A DNA stretch of 64,000 nt from Deltaproteobacteria bacterium (GCA_016703535.1 JADJBV010000001.1:6382270-6446269); one strand, 5' to 3'. Counted from the stretch's first letter, positions 20,778 to 30,166 are shown. The notes: generated from the sequence alone by a model not told the origin. Numbers and translations are program-made.

Positions 20778-21890
20778 GTGCCCTCCCGCACCCTGCTGCT
20801 CCTCATCGTGTTGACGGTCGCCGGGCTGGCGGCGTGCGAAGACCCGGCCAGCGACGCGGGGCCTGACGCCGGCTTCGTCGACGCGGCACCGCTGGACGCC
20901 ACACCCGCGGATCGGGGGGTCCAGGACGCGGCGCCCGACTCAGGCGCGGACTCGGGGCCCAGTGACTCGGGGATCTTGGACGCCGATCCGGCCGACGCCG
21001 ATCCGGCCGACGCAGATCAGGCCGACGCCGATCCGACCGACGTTGATCCGGCCGACGTTGATCCCACGGACGCCGACCCTCCGGACACCGGCGCCCCCGA
21101 CACCGGCCTCAGGGACGACGCGGGTTGTCCGTTCCCCAGCGGCGCGATCGACGATCCCACGGCCGTCGGTCTGCCCTCGGGTGTGGTGTTGTGGCTCCGA
21201 GGCGAACGTGGCGTCGCTACCTTGCCCGACGGGATCTCAGTGTGTCGCTGGGAGGACGTCAGCGGCAACGGCCGACACTTCTTGCCCGCCACCGCCACCT
21301 TGCCCAGCTACCAAGCGGCCGCGGTCGGCGGCCGCCCGGCGGTGGTCTTCGTGACCAACTCGCGGCTCGAGCGGCCCGACGTGCTCGGCCTGGGCGCGAC
21401 CCAAGGCCGGGCCATCGCCGTTCGCTCCCAGATCGTGGACACCACCCGTCGTTTTGGATCGCTGCTGCAAGGCAACCGTGGCAACAACTGGGAGTACCTG
21501 GAGCTGGAGCAGAACACCTTCAACACCGTCGGCAGTCGGGTCGGCGTCTACTTGACGGCCAACGCCTACGACTCGGACGTGGCCACCTCCACCGCCGCCC
21601 GCACCCACGTCTACTCGATCACCACCATGGTCACCGGCACCACCCTCCCCGGCGCCTTGTCCTACGCGGTCGACGGCGTGGAGCGCACCTTGACCCGCAC
21701 CCCCGGCGGCAACGGCCCCAGCGGCCCGGGCAACAACCTGGTCTGGGACTTCAGCGGCGCCAACTTCACCTCGATCGGTGAGACTGCAACCCCCGGCTTC
21801 ACCGGCGGCGCCATCGGCGAAGTGTTGGTGTTCGACCACCCGCTGACCCCGCAGGAGCGAGCGGCCGTCGAAGCCCACCTGGGCCGCTGA
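20778..21890 (+). CDS. Lipoprotein with (D-P-A-D-A)n low-complexity linker and C-terminal concanavalin/LamG-like domain
   Basis: GTG 20778, lipobox LTVAGLAAC; DADPADADPADADQADADPTDVDPADVDPTDADPPD; C-terminus GEVLVFDHPLT. Confidence 0.5.
   Translation: MPSRTLLLLIVLTVAGLAACEDPASDAGPDAGFVDAAPLDATPADRGVQDAAPDSGADSGPSDSGILDADPADADPADADQADADPTDVDPADVDPTDADPPDTGAPDTGLRDDAGCPFPSGAIDDPTAVGLPSGVVLWLRGERGVATLPDGISVCRWEDVSGNGRHFLPATATLPSYQAAAVGGRPAVVFVTNSRLERPDVLGLGATQGRAIAVRSQIVDTTRRFGSLLQGNRGNNWEYLELEQNTFNTVGSRVGVYLTANAYDSDVATSTAARTHVYSITTMVTGTTLPGALSYAVDGVERTLTRTPGGNGPSGPGNNLVWDFSGANFTSIGETATPGFTGGAIGEVLVFDHPLTPQERAAVEAHLGR
20960..21075 (+). repeat. Tandem 15-bp-unit repeat (gatccggccgacgcc and variants) encoding (DPADA)n
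   Basis: Direct reading of nucleotides 20990-21070. Confidence 0.7.
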
Positions 21891-21962
21891 GCGCATCCGC
21901 TGGATCGACTGACGCGTGGGCCGGGAAATCTGCGCCTGGGCCGAGGCCGGACACGTAGAGCC

Positions 21963-23120
21963 ATGGGCCCGATGCTGTCGAACTTCAAAGGCGCTTGGTC
22001 CCTGCTTCCCCTGTTTTGGGCGGCCTGCACCGCGGACGCGGGCCTGCTCCAGGGCGGTGAGTCCCCAGACCAGGGGGCGGGGCGCGGCGGGGGTACCCAA
22101 GGGACCGATGGCGGCGCCGATCCGGACCTCGGGATCCCCTTCGACGCGGGCCTCGTGGTGGACGCCGGCGCGATAGCGGACGCCGGCTCACCCGCGGAGG
22201 TGGAGCAGGCCTTGGTGCGCGCCGAGTGCCGCTACGCCGCGAGGTGCCTTCGGCGCTTCTACTTCGACGCCTTCGGCGCCGATCCCGGCTGCCTCGAGTC
22301 GGGCGCTTACGGGTTGGGCCGAAGCGCCCGGGCGCGGATCGAGGCGGGTCGAGCGGTGGTCGATCCCGAGCAGCTGGCCGCCTGCCTCGCGGCGATGGAG
22401 TCCAGCGGCTGCGAAGAGACCACTCGAGCCCAAGCCTGCGATCGAGCCCTGGTGGGGACCGTGGCCCAAGGTGAAGGTTGCCTGAACTCGGCCGAGTGCG
22501 GCCCGGGCCTGCGGTGCTTCGGGATCAACTGCGGGACCTGCCAGCCGATGCTCCCCACCGGCGCTTCCTGCGACGCCAACGCGGGCGGCTGTGAAGGTTA
22601 TTGTTTCACCCAGATCGCGGGCACCCCCGGCTCCTGTCTGCCCAACCACCTGCTCGAGGGTGAGTTGTGCAGCGGGTCGTTCTCGGACTGCGAACCCCCG
22701 CTCCGCTGCGTTCGGATCAACGAAGACGAACGTCGTTGTCAGGCCGCGCCCGTGCCCGGAGCCGCCTGCAGCGACCTGGGCGGCGGCGCGAGCTGCGACT
22801 ACGGCCACGCCACCTGCAACAACGGCGTCTGCGAATGGCTGGTCTTCGTCGATCCCGGCGAACCCTGTGACCAGGATCGGCTCTGCCGCGGCAGCTGCTT
22901 CCAGGGCCTGTGCCGCGCCTACCCTCAGCTCGGTGAGGCATGCCCGGCCTTCTCCGGTGCCTGCGCGGGCGCCCTGGGCCGGTGCGGCAGCGACGGGATC
23001 TGCCGCCCCCGCCCCAAGGATGGCGAGCCCTGCCAAGGTTACGACAGCTGCGAACGTGGCCTGCTATGCGGCATCGACCCGCCCGTCTGCACTTCTCGCC
23101 CGTGGGAGACCTGCAACTGA
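21963..23120 (+). CDS. Cys-rich lipoprotein (about 40 Cys), hypothetical, 385 aa
   Basis: Lipobox LPLFWAACTA; regular Cys spacing; antisense ORF 22188..23036 rejected. Confidence 0.55.
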   Translation: MGPMLSNFKGAWSLLPLFWAACTADAGLLQGGESPDQGAGRGGGTQGTDGGADPDLGIPFDAGLVVDAGAIADAGSPAEVEQALVRAECRYAARCLRRFYFDAFGADPGCLESGAYGLGRSARARIEAGRAVVDPEQLAACLAAMESSGCEETTRAQACDRALVGTVAQGEGCLNSAECGPGLRCFGINCGTCQPMLPTGASCDANAGGCEGYCFTQIAGTPGSCLPNHLLEGELCSGSFSDCEPPLRCVRINEDERRCQAAPVPGAACSDLGGGASCDYGHATCNNGVCEWLVFVDPGEPCDQDRLCRGSCFQGLCRAYPQLGEACPAFSGACAGALGRCGSDGICRPRPKDGEPCQGYDSCERGLLCGIDPPVCTSRPWETCN

Positions 23121-23143
23121 ACTTGCACTCCCTCGGACGCGCA

Positions 23144-23794
23144 TCAGCGTAGCGCCGGTCCTTGACCTTCCGCGCCCTCCGGGCCCTGCTTCTTGCGGTC
23201 GCCGAACAACATGGCTCGGATGCCGGTGTGAGGCTCGGAGACCGTGATGGCCAGGTACACGTGGACGATGAGGAACATCGTGAAGACATAGGCCGTCACC
23301 GAGTGCCCGATCGCGACCGGGAGGAGCCCCGGCAGGCTGGCGACCTTCTCGGGAACCGATAACGGAAAGAGCAAGAGCAGGCCCGTGCCGATCTGCACCG
23401 GGAACATGAGGAAAACCGCCCCGATGTAAGAGACCTGCTGCAGCGGGTTGAAGCGACTGACGACCGTCGCCGGAAATGGGTGGTGCCCGCCCTGGAAGAT
23501 GTCCGAGAGATAATAACGAACCTGCCTGGCCGCGCGCCGAAAGAACGGGCGCCGGGGGACGTACTGCCTCCAGTGTCCCGTCCAGACCATACTCGCCAGG
23601 TAGAAGACATAGGCGAGTGTGCAGGCCACCCCCGTGGCGTTGTGACCCAGGACCGCCCAGCGAAAGTAGCCGCCGGCCCCGGCCTCGCCGTAGTGCAGCG
23701 CGAAGCCCGTCGCTACCAGGGCCAGAAACAGGAACGCGTTCACCCAGTGCCAGGCCCGCAGCCATCCTGGGAACATCGGCGTCGGCTTCTTCAT
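23144..23794 (-). CDS. Membrane b-type cytochrome subunit (Ni/Fe-hydrogenase/formate dehydrogenase-gamma/PhsC-like), 216 aa
   Basis: MFPGWLRAWHWVNAFLFLALVATGFALH; four TM with conserved His; ATGA overlap with the upstream multiheme gene. Confidence 0.7.
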   Translation of the reverse strand: MKKPTPMFPGWLRAWHWVNAFLFLALVATGFALHYGEAGAGGYFRWAVLGHNATGVACTLAYVFYLASMVWTGHWRQYVPRRPFFRRAARQVRYYLSDIFQGGHHPFPATVVSRFNPLQQVSYIGAVFLMFPVQIGTGLLLLFPLSVPEKVASLPGLLPVAIGHSVTAYVFTMFLIVHVYLAITVSEPHTGIRAMLFGDRKKQGPEGAEGQGPALR

Positions 23795-24762
23795 GGGTGA
23801 GGACCTCCCGGGCCGATTCCGCGCTTCCTACGCACCAAGGCGGCCGCGGTGCGCAACAGCGCGTGACCCAAGATGCCCAGGAAGGTCAGCGTGGCGAGCG
23901 ACATGCCTATCAAGTCGAGGGTCTGATTTCGTGTCGCGCCGATGACATAGGCCTCGTTCAAGATCGCCGCGTTCATGAACCCATACTTCTCTTGCTCGAC
24001 CGCGTGCGCGTAGCGATAGGTCTTGAACTTCAGCACCGACGCCTCTTGATGGCAGGACTCGCACTTCGAGAGCGCTTGGGCCTTGGGCAGGATACGATGG
24101 CTCCCCACGACGCCCTCGGAGTTCGTGTGGCAGTCGACGCAGCGGACCGAACGCCAGTGGAGGTCGCGGTTGGGCAGCCACTGATGGGCCGCGTCAAGAT
24201 CGGGGGGCGCGCGATGGGCGAAGGTCCGGAACTCGAGCTCAGAGCCGTGGCAGCGCAGGCATGCCTGGTTGTGCTCGAGGGACTCGTCGGGAGTCATGCC
24301 GAAACGGATCCGGTGGGGATCGTGGCACCGGGCGCAGGTGAACTGCACGCTCTTGGTGGAGTGTACGCTCTGATCGAACTCACGGATGATCCGGACGAGG
24401 TCGACCTTGTGGCCCCGTTCGGAGCCGGCGGGTGCGGGGGCCCGAGCCTCGAACTCAGCGAGCACGCGCTCGTCCAGGTGACAGTGCGCGCAGTCCACGG
24501 GACGAAGGTCCTCGTCCTCCTTGTCATGCGCGATGCTGACGTCCTCCACGTCGCCGTGACACGAGATGCAGCCATGGAGGGCATGGACGGAGGCCCGGTA
24601 GGCGACCAGATCGATCTTGGGCGCCCGCGCGTCGCCCGTGCCCGCGTGGCAGATGAAGCACTCGGAATCGCGCGCCGTCCTCGGGATCGGGTTGTCCGCG
24701 ACCGCAGAGGTGGGCCACCCCAGCCCGGCCGCGAGCAGCCCGAGGATCGTTATGGTTCTCAT
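23791..24762 (-). CDS. Heptaheme cytochrome c with signal peptide and C-terminal TM anchor
   Basis: Seven CxxCH motifs (CFICH, CISCH, CAHCH, CARCH, CLRCH, CVDCH, CESCH). ATG 24760-24762 with GGAGG 6 nt upstream. ATGA overlap with the 22-heme gene. Confidence 0.8.
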   Translation of the reverse strand: MRTITILGLLAAGLGWPTSAVADNPIPRTARDSECFICHAGTGDARAPKIDLVAYRASVHALHGCISCHGDVEDVSIAHDKEDEDLRPVDCAHCHLDERVLAEFEARAPAPAGSERGHKVDLVRIIREFDQSVHSTKSVQFTCARCHDPHRIRFGMTPDESLEHNQACLRCHGSELEFRTFAHRAPPDLDAAHQWLPNRDLHWRSVRCVDCHTNSEGVVGSHRILPKAQALSKCESCHQEASVLKFKTYRYAHAVEQEKYGFMNAAILNEAYVIGATRNQTLDLIGMSLATLTFLGILGHALLRTAAALVRRKRGIGPGGPHP

Positions 24763-26270
24763 CGACCGCCTCCGCCGCTCGTGAAGGGGTGGCAGCCGTG
24801 ACAGGTCTGCGCCCCTGGCTCGTGCGTCCGTTGCGGCTCGTGGCACGCCCCCACGCAGCTGGCGCGGTCAAAGGCCGTAGCCTGGTCGTGGAAGCGATGG
24901 CAGTCCGCACAGACCCCGTGCTTAGGGATCATGTGGAGGGACGGCAGTGGCGGAGCATGACACTTCGTGCAGGGCTGCGGAGCCGCCGGGCCCTTGGGGC
25001 CGTGCGCTCGATGGCAGTCCGCGCAGGCCCGGGCGGGCTCGCTGTGTGGCCCAAGGCCCTGCTGAGCGTGGCATTCGACGCAGGTCTTCTTTAGCGCACC
25101 GTCGTGGGTCTGGTGGCAGTCCGCGCAGACGTCGTGGCCACGAGGCGCGCTGGTGTGTTCGGTCGGATGACACTTGGCGCAGGCTGGCGGCCGCAGGGCC
25201 GGGTCGTGGGCCTGGAGGTGGCAGGTGGTGCAGCGCTCGTGCCCCTTCACCGTCTTCACGTGCACGGGGTCGAGGACCGAAGGCGCAGCCGAAAGTGCAT
25301 GGCAGCGAACACACAGATCCTCAGGGGGCACCGGAGTCCGGATCTTTCCCGGCGCGTGGCAGCTCGCGCAGGCGACACGACGGCCATGGAACGCGGTGTC
25401 TGAAGCGGCTTGGAGGTGGCAACTCGAGCAGGGCGCTGATCGTACGGTGCCGCCGCCCAGATGGATATTCTGGTGGGCGTCGTGGCAGTCCTTGCACGTC
25501 CCCGGCTGGGTGGCGCTGAGCACCTCCCGGGCGTGCCCAACCTGGTGGCAGCTTTCGCACGGACGAACCCCGGAGCCGGCCCCGTGGGGCTCGTGGCAGC
25601 TCACGCAGCGCGTGTGCCCGGGCAGCCTGAGCTTCTGCGCTTCGTGGCAGCCCTGGCAGCGCTCGGCCGCGTCCTCCTTCGTTCGGTGGCCGACGTGGCA
25701 CTCGATACACTGCGCCGGACCTTTCAACGCCGAGTTGTGCGCAGTGAAGCTGCTCTCGTGGCACCCGGCGCAGTCCCCGGGGCGCACCGCGGATTCGCCG
25801 TGCGGCGTATGGCACGCCTTGCAGGCCTCGGCCGCATGAACCGTGATGAGCGGCGCCTTGCTCGCCCAATCTTGTGCGGGAGCGCCCCGAGTCTGCTGCC
25901 CCTCTGCGGTGTGACAGCGAAGACAGCCCCACGGTGCCGCGGTCGTCGCGAGGAAGTCATGGCAGGTCAGACACTCTTTTGCGTCATCGCTGGCGGCGGC
26001 CCGGTGGACCGCCGACGCGCTCTTCTCGTGACAGCCGAGGCAACGCTGAGTCTTGGAGAGCACCTTGGCGCCCTCGATCCGGTGGCAGTCCGCGCAGACC
26101 GCCGGCTTCTCGGCGTTCAGGTGAGCCAGGTGGAGCGCACTCTGCAGGGCCTTGGCTTGCTCGGGGGTCGGCTCTTGGCCGGCGTCAGGGCTCGTCGCCG
26201 GGCGTTCCTGTGGGGTGCAGCTCCAGCCGAGACCCGCGAACAGGCAAGCGACGGCGAGCGATCTCAGCAT
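24759..26270 (-). CDS. Multiheme cytochrome c lipoprotein, 22 CxxCH + 1 CxxxCH motifs, 503 aa
   Basis: Lipobox VACLFAGLGWSC; heme motifs counted directly in the translation. Confidence 0.85.
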   Translation of the reverse strand: MLRSLAVACLFAGLGWSCTPQERPATSPDAGQEPTPEQAKALQSALHLAHLNAEKPAVCADCHRIEGAKVLSKTQRCLGCHEKSASAVHRAAASDDAKECLTCHDFLATTAAPWGCLRCHTAEGQQTRGAPAQDWASKAPLITVHAAEACKACHTPHGESAVRPGDCAGCHESSFTAHNSALKGPAQCIECHVGHRTKEDAAERCQGCHEAQKLRLPGHTRCVSCHEPHGAGSGVRPCESCHQVGHAREVLSATQPGTCKDCHDAHQNIHLGGGTVRSAPCSSCHLQAASDTAFHGRRVACASCHAPGKIRTPVPPEDLCVRCHALSAAPSVLDPVHVKTVKGHERCTTCHLQAHDPALRPPACAKCHPTEHTSAPRGHDVCADCHQTHDGALKKTCVECHAQQGLGPHSEPARACADCHRAHGPKGPAAPQPCTKCHAPPLPSLHMIPKHGVCADCHRFHDQATAFDRASCVGACHEPQRTHEPGAQTCHGCHPFTSGGGGR

Positions 26271-26438
26271 CGGCTGACGGCGACGCTACTTCGGCGCAGA
26301 GGGAATTCAAAACGCGGTCGTCGTGACCGCGGAGTAACCTACCAAGAGGTAACAATTTGCGGGGCTGCGCCTGTGGGGGTCGAGCGGAAGTATAGGGTCC
26401 AAACCCTACAGCAGACGAACCTGGGCATTTAGGGCAGC
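26271..26438. promoter_or_regulatory. Putative promoter region of the cytochrome operon (AT-richer: gaattcaaaacgcgg..., ggtaacaatttgcgg)
   Basis: Non-coding, locally lower GC, upstream of the first operon gene. Confidence 0.3.
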
Positions 26439-26636
26439 CTACTGGCGCGGGCGACGTCCGAGCAGCAGAGCAAACACGTCGGCCGAGCCGCCTTCGCTGA
26501 GGCCCGCCCGACCCCTCCACGCCGTCGGGTTCTCAAACGTCCCGAAGATCAGATCCCAAAGCGCGATGTCGCCGAAGTTGAGCGGCGCCCGATCACGATC
26601 GTGATGCAGCGCGTGGCTCTCGAGCGGATGGGTCAT
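26439..26636 (-). pseudogene. C-terminal remnant (65 aa) of a fatty-acid hydroxylase/sterol desaturase superfamily gene
   Basis: HALHHDRDRAPLNFGDIALWDLIFGT is the last His box plus the NFG...WD.LFGT tail of that family. The N-terminal about 200 aa are missing. The upstream neighbour ends 30 nt away. Confidence 0.55.
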
Positions 26637-26667
26637 GAATCGCAGCTATCGCTACCATCGACCCGGC

Positions 26668-27969
26668 CTATGGCCGAGCAGGCGCCCAGGCGAGGCCGTA
26701 AGGCAGGGCACCGTGGACCCCAAAGGCCGCCCGCACCCGCTGGTTGCCGTCCAAAAACAGGACCCGGTGGGCCTCGTCGAGCTCGGGCCACTCCATGCGT
26801 TCGAGCTGGTTGTCCAACACGTTCGGCGGAACGGCGTCGGTCCGAGCCCGGTTGCGTCGGTGGTAGTCGGCGAGGTCCAGGTGAAAGACCACCAAGGTGA
26901 CCAAAGTGCCGTAGTCGAAGCCCAAACCAGCGACCCGGGTCCGGAAGTCCTGGCGCAAGCTGGTGGCGTCCCACACCACCGGCCGTTGTTTTCGCAAGCT
27001 GGCTTTCAATCGCTCTCTGCCTTCGGCGAGGACCCGATCGTTGGCGCCCTGATCACCTCGGTCCGAGCCGAGTTCTTCCCGCAGATCGTCGAGAGAGAGG
27101 TGATCGAAGCCGGCCAGGTGTTTTTGCGCGAAGGTGGTCTTGCCCGAGCCGCTGGGGCCAACGGTGATCACCAGATCCGAACGGGCCTCTCGGGCCTGAA
27201 AACTCCGGGCCACCGCCTCTTCTAGGCTGTGGATCTCACCCCGCTCTAAGCTGCGCCGGGCCTCGGACAGCGCAAAATCGATCACTTGATCGCCGTGACC
27301 CGCGAGGGACTCCACCAGCCGCGCCCGCCAGCTCGGGTCCTGCTCGCCGTGCCGAACGAACGCGCCGTAGTCTTCGGCGAAGAGCCGATACAGATCGATC
27401 TTCTCGATGGCCTCGGCCCGATCCCGGCAGGTCCGGCCCCGCATGTCCGCCTGCTCGACCCAATAGAGGAGCTCCGGATCGGCCAGGCGGCTGACCCGCT
27501 GATAGGCCCCGGCGCTCCGCTCCTTCACCACCAAAAACTTGGGCTCGTGGTGATGGCCGACCAAACCCAACAACACCTCCAGGGACGGATACGGCAACTC
27601 CTCCAACAACCGCGGCGCCAAATAGGAACGCCCCGCGGCCTCGTGACCCCGGGCGACGATGCGCTCCACCCCCTTCAGCTCCTGGGGTCGGGTGCAGATC
27701 GGCTTGGCGATGTCGTGGAGCAGGGCCCCCAACACCAAGAGCAATCGGCCCTCCCCTTCCAGGTGGGCGGCCGGCCCCGCGAGGAGTTGGTAGGCCTCGT
27801 CCATCACCATCTGGGTGTGGATGTGCACGTCGCCTTCGGCGTGCCACTCCGGATCTTGCGGCGTCTCTCGAAAGCGCCGCAACAACGGCAGCCGATCGCC
27901 CAGGGCCTCGACGCACTCGTCGAGGTTCGGAGACGCACCCCGACGAATCTCATCAAAGAAGGTCTTCAT
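26668..27969 (-). CDS. HD-domain phosphohydrolase fused to a P-loop (polynucleotide-kinase-like) NTPase, 433 aa
   Basis: HD motif LLHDIAKP; Walker A VITVGPSGSGKTTF; start ATG 27967-27969 in ATGA overlap with the RNA ligase stop. Confidence 0.65.
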   Translation of the reverse strand: MKTFFDEIRRGASPNLDECVEALGDRLPLLRRFRETPQDPEWHAEGDVHIHTQMVMDEAYQLLAGPAAHLEGEGRLLLVLGALLHDIAKPICTRPQELKGVERIVARGHEAAGRSYLAPRLLEELPYPSLEVLLGLVGHHHEPKFLVVKERSAGAYQRVSRLADPELLYWVEQADMRGRTCRDRAEAIEKIDLYRLFAEDYGAFVRHGEQDPSWRARLVESLAGHGDQVIDFALSEARRSLERGEIHSLEEAVARSFQAREARSDLVITVGPSGSGKTTFAQKHLAGFDHLSLDDLREELGSDRGDQGANDRVLAEGRERLKASLRKQRPVVWDATSLRQDFRTRVAGLGFDYGTLVTLVVFHLDLADYHRRNRARTDAVPPNVLDNQLERMEWPELDEAHRVLFLDGNQRVRAAFGVHGALPYGLAWAPARP

Positions 27970-28610
27970 GACTTCTTCCCGGGTTCTCGCAGGCCGTTGG
28001 GCGTCACCACCCCGTGCATCCAATGATCGTCGGTCTGAACGTGACCGCGCCGCACCCACTTGGCCACGTGCTCCGAAAAGCGCGCGTACGGGAAGGCGCC
28101 GGCGCTGCGCACCACGTACCCTTCACAACGTTGGAGATCGAGCTTGAGGCTCCGGAGCCGGGCGTCGTCGTAGGGCCCTTCGTAGAGCGTCGGCACCAAC
28201 TCGAGGCCCAGCCGCATGGCCCAAGCCTTGGTCTCGGCCCACGACAAACAAGTGTTGGTCTCATCCCAGATCGAAAAGACAAAGAAGTAGCTGGCCAGAT
28301 CTTCGTACGCCACCGAATGCCGCGCGTAGAGATTTTCGCCGCAGACCCGAAACCCCGCCGGGATCTGGTAGCCGATCTCGCCCTGCAGCCGCTTCAGCCA
28401 ATCCCGGGACGGGTGGTGACGGCCATCCAGCGAGCGGGCGTGGAGCCCATCTTGGTAGAGGGTCGAGTTTTCGCCGTCGAGCTTTTCGGTGACCACCACC
28501 GGGGCCGACGACAAAGCCGCCGGGACCTCGGTGACCAGATCGTCGCTGCTGACCCCGGGAGACCAGGGCAGATGGGGCGTCCTAGGATACTTGAAGCGTT
28601 GGGTCGCCAT
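27966..28610 (-). CDS. ATP-dependent RNA ligase (PF09414 RNA_ligase family), 214 aa
   Basis: MATQRFKYPRTPHLPW...VVVTEKLDGENSTLY (nucleotidyltransferase motif I KxDG). ATG 28608-28610. Confidence 0.7.
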   Translation of the reverse strand: MATQRFKYPRTPHLPWSPGVSSDDLVTEVPAALSSAPVVVTEKLDGENSTLYQDGLHARSLDGRHHPSRDWLKRLQGEIGYQIPAGFRVCGENLYARHSVAYEDLASYFFVFSIWDETNTCLSWAETKAWAMRLGLELVPTLYEGPYDDARLRSLKLDLQRCEGYVVRSAGAFPYARFSEHVAKWVRRGHVQTDDHWMHGVVTPNGLREPGKKS

Positions 28611-28616
28611 GACCCA

Positions 28617-28623
28617 CCTCCTT
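28617..28623 (-). promoter_or_regulatory. Ribosome-binding site AAGGAGG of the RNA ligase gene
   Basis: Plus-strand cctcctt, 6 nt upstream of ATG. Confidence 0.6.
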
Positions 28624-28699
28624 TGGCGGAGCCCAAGGCCCACGCCATCCCGCGATAGAGCATCGAGCGCAGAGCGGCTCGAAGGAACCGGGACCGAGG

Positions 28700-29450
28700 A
28701 GATTACATGGCGGAGGCTCGGAGAGATAAATAGGCTAAGCCAAGGCTCCGAAGGAGGTCAACCAGAGTTGCAGGACTTCAAGCTTCAGCGGACCAGAGAC
28801 CAACGACGACGATGGGATAGCAACCGGGTGGACCAGATCCGAGCGCTGGAAACGGCCAAACCCCCGCAGATCCCGGTGGCCACCAACACCCGCCCTTCGA
28901 CCGGGCAAGGAGCCGCGCCTGCTGCCCGCGGAAGATGGCTTCCACGAAGACCCGCGCCATCGCCGCCAGGCCGTCTGCACGGACCGCCAACAACCCGACC
29001 AACTCCGAAGGCGGAGACAGAACGTACTGCCGAATCGGAACATCGGGGAACACACGCTCCACGAAGTGCGTCGCGACGTCGTCCATCCACCGCGCGCCGC
29101 AGCTCGGGCAGAGGCCGCGCCCTTTGGTCGCTCCGGCCATCCTGGCCTCTCGCGACACTTCCCGCGTCCTGTGGGTCGCACGAAAACGCCAGCGCCCGCT
29201 CCACTTGGCAGTCCGGGCAGCGCAGCCTGACGAAGCCCGCCTCGGGGACACCGCACACCAGGAACCGCTCCACTGCCCGGCCCACGAACTTGGGGATGGG
29301 GACCCCGGCCTCCTTGCTCTGCGCCACTAGCGCCGGCCACCAGCGCGTCACCAGTCGGTGCAGCACGCCCGAGCGCGGATCGCGAGCGGAGTAGCGCCGA
29401 GGACGATCCACGCCAGGCCCGTAGGCCAGCCGCGTGCCCAGCCCCGGTGC
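28700..29450 (-). mobile_element. IS91-family (Y2 rolling-circle) transposase remnant, copy 1: N-terminal Zn-finger part only, degraded
   Basis: ORF 28785..29411 carries FLVCGVPEAGFVRLRCPDCQVERALAFSC (Zn_Tnp_IS91-like) then loses the frame. It shares a near-identical segment with copy 2. Confidence 0.55.
28938..29100. repeat. Direct repeat A (about 165 bp), near-identical to 39548-39715
   Basis: cttcgaccgggcaagg.gccgcgc.tgctgcccgcggaagatggcttc.acgaagacccgcgccatcgcc...aacaacccgaccaactccgaaggcgg.gacagaacgtact seen in both copies. Confidence 0.75.
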
Positions 29451-29803
29451 TCATGGTTCGGACGAGATTCGTCCGGATTTCGCAGGACGTCCGGAATCCG
29501 GACGGACGCGGGTTACCGGTCGCGTGTGCAAGGGCGCGGCCTGCGGGCTCGGGAAGACCTGGGTCGGCCCACCGGCCCGCATCGAAAACGCGTGGCGCTG
29601 GCCGCTGATCGACGCGTCGCAGACCGCGCAAACCCACGCTTCGTCTGGGTCGTCGAAGCTGAGGGCCCCGGGCCGCTGCACCGCAGTGCCTCGCCCTGTG
29701 TTCGGCTGCGGCTCGAGGGCGAACATCGCTCGCCCTCGAGTCTACTCGGTTACTCGATCCCGGACAGCGCGCGCTGCGCCCGAGCCATGGCGAAGGGTAG
29801 CCC

Positions 29804-30166
29804 TTAGGGGACGAAGACCTCGACCCGATCGACCGCGCCGAAGGCCATCACCGAGGCTCCGCCCGGCACGTAGATCCGATCACCAATCGCCGCGGCGCCT
29901 GTCCCGTGCCGGCCGGTGGTCATCGGGCTCAAGCTTGACCACCGCTCGGTCTCAAAGCTCCAAGCCTCGACCGCGTCAAAGACCGCGCTGGCGGCGCCGG
30001 TGTTGCCTTCGCCGCCGAAGACGTAGAGCGCCTCGTTGAGGATCGCGGCGGCGGCGCCTCCTCGAGAGGTCGGCATCGGGGGCCCGGCGCTCCAGGTACC
30101 GGCGGTGGGATCGTAGAGGTCGAGCTGAGCGGTGTGCCCCGTGATGGGTCTCCTTCGGAAAAGGTT
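29804..30166 (-). pseudogene. 3' fragment (about 115 codons) of a Kelch-repeat protein gene truncated at its 5' side
   Basis: Frame reads ...RRRPITGHTAQLDLYDPTAGTWSAGPPMPTSRGGAAAAILNEALYVFGG...GDRIYVPGG. An in-frame stop is at 30167-30169, exactly where GC content drops. Confidence 0.6.

Noticed and set aside
22188-23036. 282-aa minus ORF
   Set aside because: Antisense to the Cys-rich lipoprotein gene.
28489-29637. Overlapping 300-aa ORFs on both strands (28489..29394 +, 28735..29637 -)
   Set aside because: Lie within the degraded IS91 transposase copy; Arg/Pro/Gly-rich junk frames; no domain signatures.
29804-30076. 90-aa ORF as an independent small gene
   Set aside because: The frame continues upstream without ATG as a Kelch blade and stops at the island junction. 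It is a gene fragment, not a complete CDS.
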